Shown here: one piece after another, positions 27,279-36,735 of the stretch
How the letters are laid out: each line of letters opens with the position of its first letter
How positions within the stretch are numbered: position 1 is the first letter of the stretch
Source of the DNA: a virus
Taxonomy: Duplodnaviria > Caudoviricetes
Strand: one strand, 5' to 3'
Length of the DNA: 64,000 bases
Virus record (IMG/VR): IMGVR_UViG_3300002220_000301
Location: 4,324-68,323 of that record
The notes under the pieces: generated by a model
The model's database searches: none
Told to the model about the DNA's origin: nothing
Seen by the model: only the letters and a program-made list of their open reading frames with translations
Translations under genes and position numbers: made by a program

Positions 27279-28652
27279 ATGGAAAAATCTATTAACCAGC
27301 AACTCGCCGATGCAATGTCGCAAGTTGCAGAAAACTTAAACAAAGCGTCCGCCGTCCCCAATGCCGGGGCACTGCATGGGCAGGGCGGATTGCTGTCTGG
27401 ACAAGGGATTGACAGAAATGTTATCACAGCGATGACTCGCCCGCAGGGTATTGGCGCGATTCTTCCGCTCATCCCGTCCGTCTACGAGAACCCGACCTTT
27501 GCCACTATCCTTGGTATTATGGAGGACAGCTCCGAAAGACCAGAAGAGCCGTGCGCGGATGCTCCTGCTGGCTACATGAAGGGCGCGGAACTCACCGCCG
27601 CCTTCGGCCTGGTCCGCAAGGACACTCGCACTATCGACATTTACAAAACCATGCTGCTCAAAAATCGTGGTGACATGACCGACCTAATTCTGCGCGGAAG
27701 GCTGCTCGGAGATTCCGGCATAACCCCCGCAGGCATTAGCGAAAGTGGCGCCATCGAAATTATGACAAAGTCAGAAATGGTTAATGCGGCGGTTCGCGCA
27801 GAGCGCACCTTAAGCAGAGACTTCTGGCAGGGCACTGGAGTCGCCCCGCAGTTCCGCGGACTTGATACGCTAATTGCGACCGGTCTTGTTGACTGGCGTA
27901 CTGGCGCACTTGCCCCAGCTCTTGACTCAGATGTCAAAGACTTCGGAAGCGAGAACATTGATGGTGGAAGCAAGGACATTGTAGAGTATTTGTCTGCCAT
28001 GGAATTCTACCTGCGCAGCAATGCCTCTGGTATGGGGCTCGACCCGGTTGAGTGGGTGCTTGTTATGCGCCCAGAACTGTGGTTTGAACTCAGCGCGGTC
28101 TGGCCTTGCAAATATCTGACGAGCCGATGTGATGTTGCGGACGGCATGGTTGTGCTTAATGACAATGTCAATGTCGCGACTCGCGATGCGATGCGCAATG
28201 GCAAATACATTGACATCAATGGCAACCGCTATCCTGTAATCGTTGACACTGGCATTAACGAGTCCACCGTAACGGGCTCCGGAGAGTATACCTCGAGCCT
28301 CTACTTTGTTCCGCTGACCATTAATGGCAGTATGCCGGTCACCTATCGCGAATATCTTGACTATCGCGCTGCAAATACAGACCTCGGTCTGCTTCGTGGC
28401 ACAGAGTCGTTCTGGACTGATGATGGCGTTTACGGCTGGTCTATCACCGATGAAAAGGGCTGGTGCTATCAGCTCCACCTCCGCAGTGAACAGAGAATCA
28501 TCCTTCGGACTCCCCAGCTTGCTGGCAAGATTCAGAACATCAAGTACTCACCTCTGCAGCACATTCGCACCCCGTATCCTGGCGATACCTATTTCCTTGA
28601 TGGCGGAGTTTCAACCCGTTCAAGTGATACCATTTACTGGACGGCACAGTAA
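27279..28652 (+). CDS. Major capsid protein
   Basis: 457 aa after scaffold, strong codon bias, followed by terminator. Confidence 0.85.
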   Translation: MEKSINQQLADAMSQVAENLNKASAVPNAGALHGQGGLLSGQGIDRNVITAMTRPQGIGAILPLIPSVYENPTFATILGIMEDSSERPEEPCADAPAGYMKGAELTAAFGLVRKDTRTIDIYKTMLLKNRGDMTDLILRGRLLGDSGITPAGISESGAIEIMTKSEMVNAAVRAERTLSRDFWQGTGVAPQFRGLDTLIATGLVDWRTGALAPALDSDVKDFGSENIDGGSKDIVEYLSAMEFYLRSNASGMGLDPVEWVLVMRPELWFELSAVWPCKYLTSRCDVADGMVVLNDNVNVATRDAMRNGKYIDINGNRYPVIVDTGINESTVTGSGEYTSSLYFVPLTINGSMPVTYREYLDYRAANTDLGLLRGTESFWTDDGVYGWSITDEKGWCYQLHLRSEQRIILRTPQLAGKIQNIKYSPLQHIRTPYPGDTYFLDGGVSTRSSDTIYWTAQ

Positions 28653-28667
28653 GGTTCAACCTTTGAC

Positions 28668-28702
28668 AAAAAAGAACGGCGACCACCTCGCCGTTCTTTT
28701 TT
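28668..28702 (+). terminator. Intrinsic terminator after capsid gene
   Basis: AAAAAAGAACGGCGA-5 nt-TCGCCGTTCTTTTTT. Confidence 0.9.
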
Positions 28703-28703
28703 C

Positions 28704-28732
28704 TTGCATTTCGCTAAGTTTCAGTGTATAAT
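28704..28732 (+). promoter_or_regulatory. sigma70 promoter for glycosylation cassette
   Basis: TTGCAT-17 bp-TATAAT with TG extension. Confidence 0.8.
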
Positions 28733-28760
28733 AAAGATTATCAAAAAAGAGGATAAGAAT

Positions 28761-29492
28761 ATGCGAATTGTAGTTCCAGTTTATAACAAGAGGCATTGGG
28801 CTCTTAAACCATTTTCAATTTTATTCAATAAGTATTGGGGAGGCGCAGTCGATGTCATGTGCTACTCCATTCCGAACATACAACTCCCGAGCAACTTTAA
28901 TATTGTGTCAGTTGACCCAGTGGATTTTCCAAGAGATAAGTGGGTGGATGGGCTGCTGATTTATCTCAACGCGATTAGCGACAACACCGTCATTATTTTA
29001 CTTGAAGACTATTGGCTTGTTCGCAAGGTCGACACTGACGGGGTCGCAAAACTCGCCGGTATAATCGACGATGAAGTCTTGAGAGTCGACTTGACAACTG
29101 ACAGGCTTTACGCTGGAGGAATGAGGGACATAGGCTATGTTGGACATTATGATATCATTGAAGCGCCAGGAAGTCAGTATCAGATGTCTCTGCAGGCCGG
29201 CATCTGGAACAGAAAGCTTTTAATAGATGTTCTCAATCAACTTCCTCCAAAAAATCATTCTGCGTGGGACGTCGAATTAGGTGGCACTAACATCGTAAAC
29301 GACAAGGGGTATCGCGTATTTGGAACAAGACAATACCCTGTAAGATATGTCAATGGCGCCAATGATGCAAAGGGCATACAAGTTAACTTTAGGGGCGTCA
29401 CAGAAGAAGATAAAGAAATAATGGTAAAATACTCAACAGAACAAAAAGAACTGGAGAAGAAGAATGAAAGAAAAAACAGAAAAACTAATTAA
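28761..29492 (+). CDS. GT-A fold glycosyltransferase-like protein
   Basis: IILLEDYWL (DxD-like), SLQAGIW, SAWDVE. Confidence 0.7.
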   Translation: MRIVVPVYNKRHWALKPFSILFNKYWGGAVDVMCYSIPNIQLPSNFNIVSVDPVDFPRDKWVDGLLIYLNAISDNTVIILLEDYWLVRKVDTDGVAKLAGIIDDEVLRVDLTTDRLYAGGMRDIGYVGHYDIIEAPGSQYQMSLQAGIWNRKLLIDVLNQLPPKNHSAWDVELGGTNIVNDKGYRVFGTRQYPVRYVNGANDAKGIQVNFRGVTEEDKEIMVKYSTEQKELEKKNERKNRKTN

Positions 29493-30222
29493 GGCATTCG
29501 GTCTTTTAACGACAGAAGAAGCTCAACTTTTAATGAATGTCGCAGAACTGCTTCCGAAAGGATCGGTCGTTGTCAATATAGGCGCTGGAGTCGGTACGAG
29601 CGCGTTGGCAACTATAGAACAAAGGCCAGACCTCGCGAAGACATTCTACACAATTGATCATCGAGACGATGACAACCCGTTCGGTGGAATGTTAAACGAA
29701 TTGCATGCATTTCAAAACGCTAAAATGGAACACCTTTTGCCAAACCAGATTAAAGGCGACAGCTCGACCGTTGGCGCAGGCTGGAAAAATGGCAAAATTA
29801 ACATGCTTATTGTAGACGCCGATCACACCAAAGATGGGCTGATGAAAGATATGCTCGCCTGGCTTCCGCATCTGGCAGTATCTGGTTTTGTCGCATTTCA
29901 TGACTACACCGCTGAAAAATGGCCGGATGTTTATACGACAATCGAGGAAACCATTATGCGCGATGAGAGTTACGAGTACGTAGAAATGCGCGACACAATG
30001 ATTGTGTTTCGTAAATTGCGCGAACCAAAGCCAGAAAAAGAGGCTACAGCAGAGCTTGCAGAAGAGGAAAGCATGCCAGAAAGCATTTACAGAAAAGCAG
30101 ATGAAAGAACTTCAAAAAGAGACATCGCCGTCGAAGAGCATAAAGAGCCGGTAGAGAAAAAGCCTGTTAGCACAAGGCAAAAGAAAGTAAAGAAAACAGA
30201 AAATGAGCTGAGCAAAGAGTAG
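29464..30222 (+). CDS. Class I SAM-dependent methyltransferase (Methyltransf_24-like)
   Basis: VNIGAGVGTS, LIVDADHT, GFVAFHDY. Confidence 0.85.
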   Translation: MKEKTEKLIKAFGLLTTEEAQLLMNVAELLPKGSVVVNIGAGVGTSALATIEQRPDLAKTFYTIDHRDDDNPFGGMLNELHAFQNAKMEHLLPNQIKGDSSTVGAGWKNGKINMLIVDADHTKDGLMKDMLAWLPHLAVSGFVAFHDYTAEKWPDVYTTIEETIMRDESYEYVEMRDTMIVFRKLREPKPEKEATAELAEEESMPESIYRKADERTSKRDIAVEEHKEPVEKKPVSTRQKKVKKTENELSKE

Positions 30223-30227
30223 CCCAT

Positions 30228-32954
30228 ATGAAAGTATTAATGGTCCCAGGAAAAGGGAGTGAAGGAAACGGGGCGTCCGGCATAAGCGCGGCGGTTCACA
30301 AATACGTAGAGTATCTTGAAAAAGACCACGGAGTGGATTTTGTTAACTCTATAAAAGATGCCGAGCTTGTAGTTGGGCACGCAGGAGTTACAAAACAGCT
30401 CTGCGATGTGGCCATTATTCATGGGCTGTACTGGACTGGAGACTACAACGCTGGAAGGGGTGAGTATATGGCAAATGCAGACATAGCTCACTCCGTCCGA
30501 GCTGCGCAAGAAATAACTGTGCCGTCCGAATGGGTGCAAAAGGTATTCCAGAGAGACATGCACGTGTCTCCGACAGTTATATATCATGCCGTTGAGCATG
30601 AGGAATGGGCGCACAGCGGCGCCCACGAAGACTATGCGCTTTGGAACAAAAACAGACCCGGAGATGTGTGCAGTCCAGCGGCAGTAAACCGGCTGGCATT
30701 AATGTATCCAGATCATCACTTTGTCTCAACGTTTAGCGACGGGACACCACCAGACAACATGCGGGTCATAGGAAAGCAGCCCCATGATAAAATGCGCGAC
30801 ATTGTCAAGCACGCAGGAATATACCTGTCGCTTGTAAAAGAAACCTTTGGAATTGGTACGCTCGAGGCAATGGCTGCTGGATGCCCCATACTTGGGTGGG
30901 ACCATGGCGGCAACCAAATTCTTGTCAGGCATGGTGTTAATGGATATCTGGCGCAGCCGGATAATTACAAAGACCTTGCGCGCGGCTTTGAGTACTGCAT
31001 CGAGAACGCGGCTGTTCTTGGCAAAAATTCAGCTGTACTCGCGCGGAACTATTCATGGAAAGATTCAGTAGACAAGTTGTATCAAGTTTTTGAAAGAGCT
31101 CTTGAGAAAAAGACAAGAGCAAATACGGTAAGTGTAATTATTCCTGTTTATAATTACGCAAATAGCATATCTCGTTCAATTGAAAGTGTTTGCGCTCAGA
31201 CTCAGGCTCCAAAAGAAATTATCGTTGTCGATGACGGATCAAGCGACAACCCCTCAGAACATGTCAAGGAGATGATAAGAAAACACAGGGATATTAATCT
31301 TGTGTTTATAAAAAAGAACAATGGAGGCGTTGCGTCAGCGAGAAATCTTGGCGCAAAAGTGTCAAGCGGAAAATACATTTGCTGTCTTGATGCGGACGAT
31401 GCGATTGCGCCCGAGTTTCTTGAGACATGCACGAGTTATCTTGAACAAAACCCATCCGTCTTTACGGCGTATACTCGCTTGCAGTATATAAAGCCAACAG
31501 GGGAAACTGGCGTGTCTAATTGGCCGGACAAGTATCAATATGACAAGTTTCTCCGCAGACAAAACCAGGTTCCTACATGCAATGTCTCTCGCAGGGAAGT
31601 GTGGGAAAGGCTTGGCGGACAGCGCTGGAAGTATTCGCCGGTTGGCGCTGGAAGCGAGGACGCTGAAATGTGGCTTCGCGCTGGCGCGCTCGGAATGGGC
31701 GGCGCGCTTGTAAGTGAAAAGCCACTTTTTATTTATTCATGGATGAGCGGCATGGTTAGCGGCAACGCAGATTACAAAGAGGCCGACTGGCTGCAAGATC
31801 ATCCGTGGGTAAAAGATGGGCTGCACCCATTCGCAAGTCTCGCGACTCCAAATGGAATTAGCCACAAAGTGTTTCAGTATGACCTGCCAGAGATAAGCGT
31901 GATCATTCCATGCGGCATTGGGCATGAAAACGTTTTGCGTGATGCGCTTGACAGCCTTGAAGCTCAGACATTGCGAAAATGGGAGGCAGTTGTCGTATAT
32001 GATTCAGACGTGGACTTGCCAAATGATTTGAAAGTGGCATTTCCGTTCCCAGAATATTACAAAACGGGCGGAGGCGCTGGCGCTGGCGCGGCGAGAAATA
32101 TCGGAGCGAAACATGCGAAATCCAATGTGCTCTTTTTCCTCGATGCAGATGATGTGCTTGTCCCGAACGCGCTTGAGAAAATGTACAGTTCCTATATTCT
32201 CAGCGGCAATGTTGTTTACTCTGATTATATTCTTTCTATTAACGAGCCAGACGAACAGACAGCAAGGGGCAAATACGGCGAGCGCCTCCGCTCTTACGAC
32301 AGACGCAATAAGCTTGCTAATGTTTTAGTAAAATCGCTTGCCTACGACTGCTCTCTCGCGCAAAAACAGCCTCAAGAAAATATTTACGAGTGGACAACTG
32401 TCTCTGTGATGATTGGGAAAGCTCTTCATGAACAAGTAGGCGGGTTCGATGAATCTCTAAAAACAATCGAGGACGCAGATTATCATTGGAGACTTTCTCA
32501 CATTGACGCATGTTATACTCATGTGCAGGAACCATTGCTGATTATAAATAGCGGCAGCGGGCTTAACAAAAAGGAAAAAAGTAGCCATGACAAGGCAATC
32601 AAACAAATTGTCAAAAAATATACAGGAGTTAAAATGAGTCCATGCAGTGGTTGCGGTGGCAGCAAGGCGACTGTTCATCCAAATATTAAGCAAGTTGCAT
32701 ACGCGTCAGCTATGAAGACCGATGTACTTTCAATGAAAGACGACGAGTTTATTCTTGCGCTGTACACAAGTAAGAATGTTGGTAATCACAGAGTGGTAGG
32801 CGCTGCTACGCGCATTGACTATGGCTACAGGCAAGGCGGACAGCAAATGCTTGTTCATAAGGACGACGCAAAGGTTTCCCCGCATTTGTTCCAGCCAGTT
32901 GTTGCAAATATGCCAGAAAGAGAGCCGGTCAAAAAGCCGGTGGCGATGGAATAA
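30228..32954 (+). CDS. Multidomain glycosyltransferase GT4 + GT2 + GT2 + C-terminal CxxC domain
   Basis: ETFGIGTLEAMAAG (GT4); SVIIPVYN..VVDDGS..CLDADD; SVIIP..FLDADD. Confidence 0.9.
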   Translation: MKVLMVPGKGSEGNGASGISAAVHKYVEYLEKDHGVDFVNSIKDAELVVGHAGVTKQLCDVAIIHGLYWTGDYNAGRGEYMANADIAHSVRAAQEITVPSEWVQKVFQRDMHVSPTVIYHAVEHEEWAHSGAHEDYALWNKNRPGDVCSPAAVNRLALMYPDHHFVSTFSDGTPPDNMRVIGKQPHDKMRDIVKHAGIYLSLVKETFGIGTLEAMAAGCPILGWDHGGNQILVRHGVNGYLAQPDNYKDLARGFEYCIENAAVLGKNSAVLARNYSWKDSVDKLYQVFERALEKKTRANTVSVIIPVYNYANSISRSIESVCAQTQAPKEIIVVDDGSSDNPSEHVKEMIRKHRDINLVFIKKNNGGVASARNLGAKVSSGKYICCLDADDAIAPEFLETCTSYLEQNPSVFTAYTRLQYIKPTGETGVSNWPDKYQYDKFLRRQNQVPTCNVSRREVWERLGGQRWKYSPVGAGSEDAEMWLRAGALGMGGALVSEKPLFIYSWMSGMVSGNADYKEADWLQDHPWVKDGLHPFASLATPNGISHKVFQYDLPEISVIIPCGIGHENVLRDALDSLEAQTLRKWEAVVVYDSDVDLPNDLKVAFPFPEYYKTGGGAGAGAARNIGAKHAKSNVLFFLDADDVLVPNALEKMYSSYILSGNVVYSDYILSINEPDEQTARGKYGERLRSYDRRNKLANVLVKSLAYDCSLAQKQPQENIYEWTTVSVMIGKALHEQVGGFDESLKTIEDADYHWRLSHIDACYTHVQEPLLIINSGSGLNKKEKSSHDKAIKQIVKKYTGVKMSPCSGCGGSKATVHPNIKQVAYASAMKTDVLSMKDDEFILALYTSKNVGNHRVVGAATRIDYGYRQGGQQMLVHKDDAKVSPHLFQPVVANMPEREPVKKPVAME

Positions 32955-32964
32955 GGAGCAATAA

Positions 32965-33297
32965 ATGACACTTGCGTATGTTATAATTCTACTTGCGAGT
33001 ATAATTCTTGCGCCTTTTGCTTCTGTTAGATTCGCAAACCAAATTTATATTGAAAGGTCTGTCACTTTCTTGAGCACAGTGAACATACTTGAGTACTCAA
33101 AGACAAGGAAAAGCGAACTTGAAAAGAACTTTTTGAGATGGCTTGCGAATATGTGCGACTGTTACTGGTGCGCATCATTTATATCTGCGGCGGCAGTTAT
33201 TATTTTCATGAGCTATACTCCACTGAGACTTGTTGTAATTATGTATGGATTGAGTGAGTTAACAATAGCAATGAACAGGCTTTTGCACAAGGACTAA
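32965..33297 (+). CDS. Membrane protein with CxxC (DUF1360-like)
   Basis: Hydrophobic segments flanking CDCYWCASF. Confidence 0.55.
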   Translation: MTLAYVIILLASIILAPFASVRFANQIYIERSVTFLSTVNILEYSKTRKSELEKNFLRWLANMCDCYWCASFISAAAVIIFMSYTPLRLVVIMYGLSELTIAMNRLLHKD

Positions 33298-33299
33298 CG

Positions 33300-34787
33300 A
33301 TGAAACCTATAACCGATGTGTCCAAGTGGCAATCTCCAGACGATGTCGACTATGATGTGCTTTCCGACAATATCAGTGGTGTTATTATCAGGTGCTCCTA
33401 TGGCTCTAAATATGACAGTCCGTTTGGCAAAGAGCCCTATTTTGAAACACACTATAACGAATTTACTCGGCGCGGCATTCCAGTTGGCGTATATTTTTTC
33501 CCAGTAGAATATCAACCAACTGGCAATCAGTCGAGAACGTTTATCGAAGAAGTTAATAAGTTCAAGGCGAGGCGTTACGAGATTGACTTGGGTCGTATTC
33601 TTGGGCCTGAATATCTCGGTCAAAAATTATTGACAAAAGACGGATTTCCTCTTGGCTACTGGCTTGATGTTGAAAGAGAAGAGGCGCCAACCGCACCTCT
33701 ACAGAAACAAACGGTACACGCTATAATGCAAGATGTAGAAGCTGGGCTGTCAGTCGAACTCGGCATTTACACTTCAATGTATCAGTGGCGAGAAGTCATG
33801 GCTGGCGCCTACTATACAAACAGAAAGCTTTGGGTTGCTTGCTACGGATGCACTGAAGAATACCTGCTTAAATATCGCATGCCAGAGGGATGGTCAAAAT
33901 ACTTTCTTTGGCAATACTCTGGAAGCTCTCTGGTTCTTCCTGGGTATTCAGGCGGATTAGACCACAATCTCTTTTATGGCTCTGATGCACAATACGTTGC
34001 ATATCTCGCGGATGACGATTCAAACGAACCAAGTCCAGCGCCTCCACTTACAGCACTGTACAGACCGTGTCCGCGCTTGGCGTATATTACGCAGCGGTTT
34101 GGCGAAAATCCGGCTTGGTACCCGACTTCCCGCGGGCACAATGGCATAGACTTCGGTTTTAACTATACGGTTGGGCATCCAATTTACGCTGCAGCCGATG
34201 GCGTAGTAGAAGTTTCGCGAGATGACACAACTGGATACGGAAGACACATAAGAGTCAGGCACTCTCATGGTGTTACAATTTATGGACATTTGTCCAGCAG
34301 GGGCGTTGCGGTTGGCGACAGAGTTGTCGCGCGTCAAATAATTGGGCTGTCTGGCGGAGCAACGGATGACCCGTACGCTGGATTCAGCACTGGTCCGCAC
34401 TTGCATTTCGAGTATAGATTGGACATTCCGGCTCCGCAAGTCCCTGGTGGATACGTCTACAATGCGATAGACCCACTTCCACTTATTATAGAACACGATG
34501 AAGACGAAGAGGACAATGAAATGTTATATCAAGTTGAAGTTATTACTCATGCGCTGAATATACGCGATGGCATTGGAACTGGACACAAGGTATTGTACGC
34601 TGTTTCGCGTGGAACATTTTTGGATGTGTTTGAAGAGTCGAACGGATGGCTTAGAGTTGGAGCTGGGGCATGGTGCTCCGGAAACCCTGCCTATGTCAAG
34701 AAGGTTGTAGTAGCGCCTCCGTCAGACGAAAAGACGCTTGAGGAAAAGGTAGACGCCTTATGGGAGCACCACCCAGAATTACACTAA
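33300..34787 (+). CDS. Endolysin: GH25 muramidase + M23 peptidase + SH3
   Basis: TDVSKWQ, LDVE, LWVACY, WQYS (GH25); HNGID, YGHL, STGPHLHFE (M23); LNIRDG..EESNGWLRV (SH3). Confidence 0.92.
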   Translation: MKPITDVSKWQSPDDVDYDVLSDNISGVIIRCSYGSKYDSPFGKEPYFETHYNEFTRRGIPVGVYFFPVEYQPTGNQSRTFIEEVNKFKARRYEIDLGRILGPEYLGQKLLTKDGFPLGYWLDVEREEAPTAPLQKQTVHAIMQDVEAGLSVELGIYTSMYQWREVMAGAYYTNRKLWVACYGCTEEYLLKYRMPEGWSKYFLWQYSGSSLVLPGYSGGLDHNLFYGSDAQYVAYLADDDSNEPSPAPPLTALYRPCPRLAYITQRFGENPAWYPTSRGHNGIDFGFNYTVGHPIYAAADGVVEVSRDDTTGYGRHIRVRHSHGVTIYGHLSSRGVAVGDRVVARQIIGLSGGATDDPYAGFSTGPHLHFEYRLDIPAPQVPGGYVYNAIDPLPLIIEHDEDEEDNEMLYQVEVITHALNIRDGIGTGHKVLYAVSRGTFLDVFEESNGWLRVGAGAWCSGNPAYVKKVVVAPPSDEKTLEEKVDALWEHHPELH

Positions 34788-34903
34788 AGGCATTGGTTTA
34801 ATGATATGAAGGAAACGACGAAAGTTGGCATGCAAGGTTCGTTCAGGGAAGCTTACGGCGATCCCGCAAGATGGATTTTTCGGGTCGCCAGCTGGAGGAA
34901 ACA

Positions 34904-35608
34904 ATGACATTCGCATCAACATTCGGGCGCGTTCTATCGCCAACCTTCCAGCCTAAAAGCCAGGCGGCTGTAGTCGCAAGCGGTGGTTGGTGGGATTTAG
35001 ATGGCACAATCACAAGTTGCATTGCGGCATACCAGCCAAAGGGGGCGGCGGACTATGCAGCAAGCAAGGTCAACTTGGTTAATCCTGGAACTTACAATTG
35101 TTCTGCTGGTTCAATAGCACCAACATGGGATGCGACTAATGGGTGGAAATTTGCTGGCGGTAAAAACGAATATCTTAATACCTCATTAGTGTTGAAAGAC
35201 GCTTATACCATCATTATTAGATTTTCTAATGTGACAAATAACGGATACCTTATGGGTTCGATAAACCACTCCGCATATGTATCTTTTTGTATTGCGCCTA
35301 ACAGGGGTTCACCACCAACAACTTACTTTGTACGAAGAGCGACGTTTGTCGCTTATGATGCCGTAACTTCAGGCGTACTGGCACAAGCAAAATATAAGGG
35401 TTTTTATAATGGGAGTCCTGTTGCCGATTTGACATCATTAGGAGACCTTGCTGGCGATACTTTTACTGCCTACATAGGCGCTACGCACGATGCAACAACT
35501 CCAGGCTATGCGCCAATTGCAGCCTACATCCAATGTGCCGCAATTTACAGCACCACGCTTACAGACACTCAAATCGGCAATCTTACCACAGCAATGAACG
35601 CACTCTAA
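34904..35608 (+). CDS. Virion-associated protein, LamG/concanavalin-like
   Basis: SD GGAGG; AIYSTTLTDTQI C-terminal LamG-like pattern. Confidence 0.5.
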   Translation: MTFASTFGRVLSPTFQPKSQAAVVASGGWWDLDGTITSCIAAYQPKGAADYAASKVNLVNPGTYNCSAGSIAPTWDATNGWKFAGGKNEYLNTSLVLKDAYTIIIRFSNVTNNGYLMGSINHSAYVSFCIAPNRGSPPTTYFVRRATFVAYDAVTSGVLAQAKYKGFYNGSPVADLTSLGDLAGDTFTAYIGATHDATTPGYAPIAAYIQCAAIYSTTLTDTQIGNLTTAMNAL

Positions 35609-35628
35609 CTCGTAACTCAGGAGGTTAC

Positions 35629-36414
35629 ATGGCTACACTAACTCACATCGAAACCGACACCGGAACGAACGTAGACATTCACGATCCAACCACAGTCGGC
35701 TCTTACACCTCCACAGGTGATAAACTCGTAATGGTAGACGTAAGCATTGACCAAGTGGCTGGCGACGGCGATTATGTTATGTACGTCACGCGCCAGATTG
35801 GGGGTGCTGGTTCTGCCTACGTCATTCTGCCAAAGACGACAATGACAGCCGCTCCAGGCGAGACCGCAATCTCAGGGCAATCCGGCTGGATAACCGTAAG
35901 GAATGGCGATGTGCTTACAGTCTACGTGGACGGCTTGGCTGGTGACACTTCCACGCCGGACTGGTCTACAAGGTGGTTTGAGAGCGCCGTTCTGCTGGTG
36001 ACGCTTGCCGATGACGCTATCAAGGCGTCCACTTTTGACGAGTCTACCGCGTTCCCGTTGAAGTCGGCTGACACTGGCTCGACGCAGGTTGCACGGGTGG
36101 GAGCTGACTCTGACACGCTGGAAACGTTGAGTGACCAGTTGGATGCGATTGTTGAGGATACAGGCACAACTATTCCAGCGGCAATAACTGGGCTGAATGA
36201 CATTGCAGTTTCAGACATCATGAACGAGGTCGTGGTTGGTACTTACACCTTCGAACAGTTACTGAAAGTTATGAGCGCAGCTCTGGCTGGCAAGTTATCA
36301 GGCGGCGGTACAGCCACCCTGATATTCAGGGGCATCGATGACACTTCCGATGTAATCGTAGCGACTATTGACGCAAACAATAACCGCACCGCCGTCACAC
36401 TGGACTTGACATGA
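35629..36414 (+). CDS. Virion structural protein
   Basis: SD GGAGG; Thr/Asp rich; ends VATIDANNNRTAVTLD. Confidence 0.6.
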   Translation: MATLTHIETDTGTNVDIHDPTTVGSYTSTGDKLVMVDVSIDQVAGDGDYVMYVTRQIGGAGSAYVILPKTTMTAAPGETAISGQSGWITVRNGDVLTVYVDGLAGDTSTPDWSTRWFESAVLLVTLADDAIKASTFDESTAFPLKSADTGSTQVARVGADSDTLETLSDQLDAIVEDTGTTIPAAITGLNDIAVSDIMNEVVVGTYTFEQLLKVMSAALAGKLSGGGTATLIFRGIDDTSDVIVATIDANNNRTAVTLDLT

Positions 36415-36668
36415 CAGAGGCTTCGCAGTATTGGGGCGCAACTTATTGGGGCAGCGGCTATTGGGGCAGCACCTACTGGGGGAGTTGCTTAAATGCGACA
36501 CCACCATGCAGGGTGGTTTTCATCCCGTTCTTTGTCGCGCAAGAGCCATGCCAACTCAGCGGGACGTATATCGTACAAAATGGTAGTGCGCCAACAAACA
36601 GTAGGGATTATACTGTGCCAAACGCAGTCGCTCCCGCAAGCAACAGAACTGTAAAAGTTCCACGATAA
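36411..36668 (+). CDS. Small protein with four YWG repeats
   Basis: QYWGATYWGSGYWGSTYWGS; ATGA overlap. Confidence 0.6.
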   Translation: MTEASQYWGATYWGSGYWGSTYWGSCLNATPPCRVVFIPFFVAQEPCQLSGTYIVQNGSAPTNSRDYTVPNAVAPASNRTVKVPR

Positions 36669-36735
36669 CAGTTCTGCGCAATAAGCTAACGTGGTATAAT
36701 AAACAGGCGCTACTGTGTGCGCAGAAGGAACGCAA

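Noticed and set aside
30064-30222. Internal start (GAGGAA..ATG 30073) in the methyltransferase tail
   Set aside because: Glu codons mimic SD here and the product would be low-complexity; too weak to call
34790-34900. c-di-GMP-I riboswitch-like text (GGAAAC-GAC-GAAA-GTT-GGCATGCAAG) after the endolysin
   Set aside because: P2 too short, no tetraloop receptor or P1 found; could equally be a 33-codon ORF or plain hairpin
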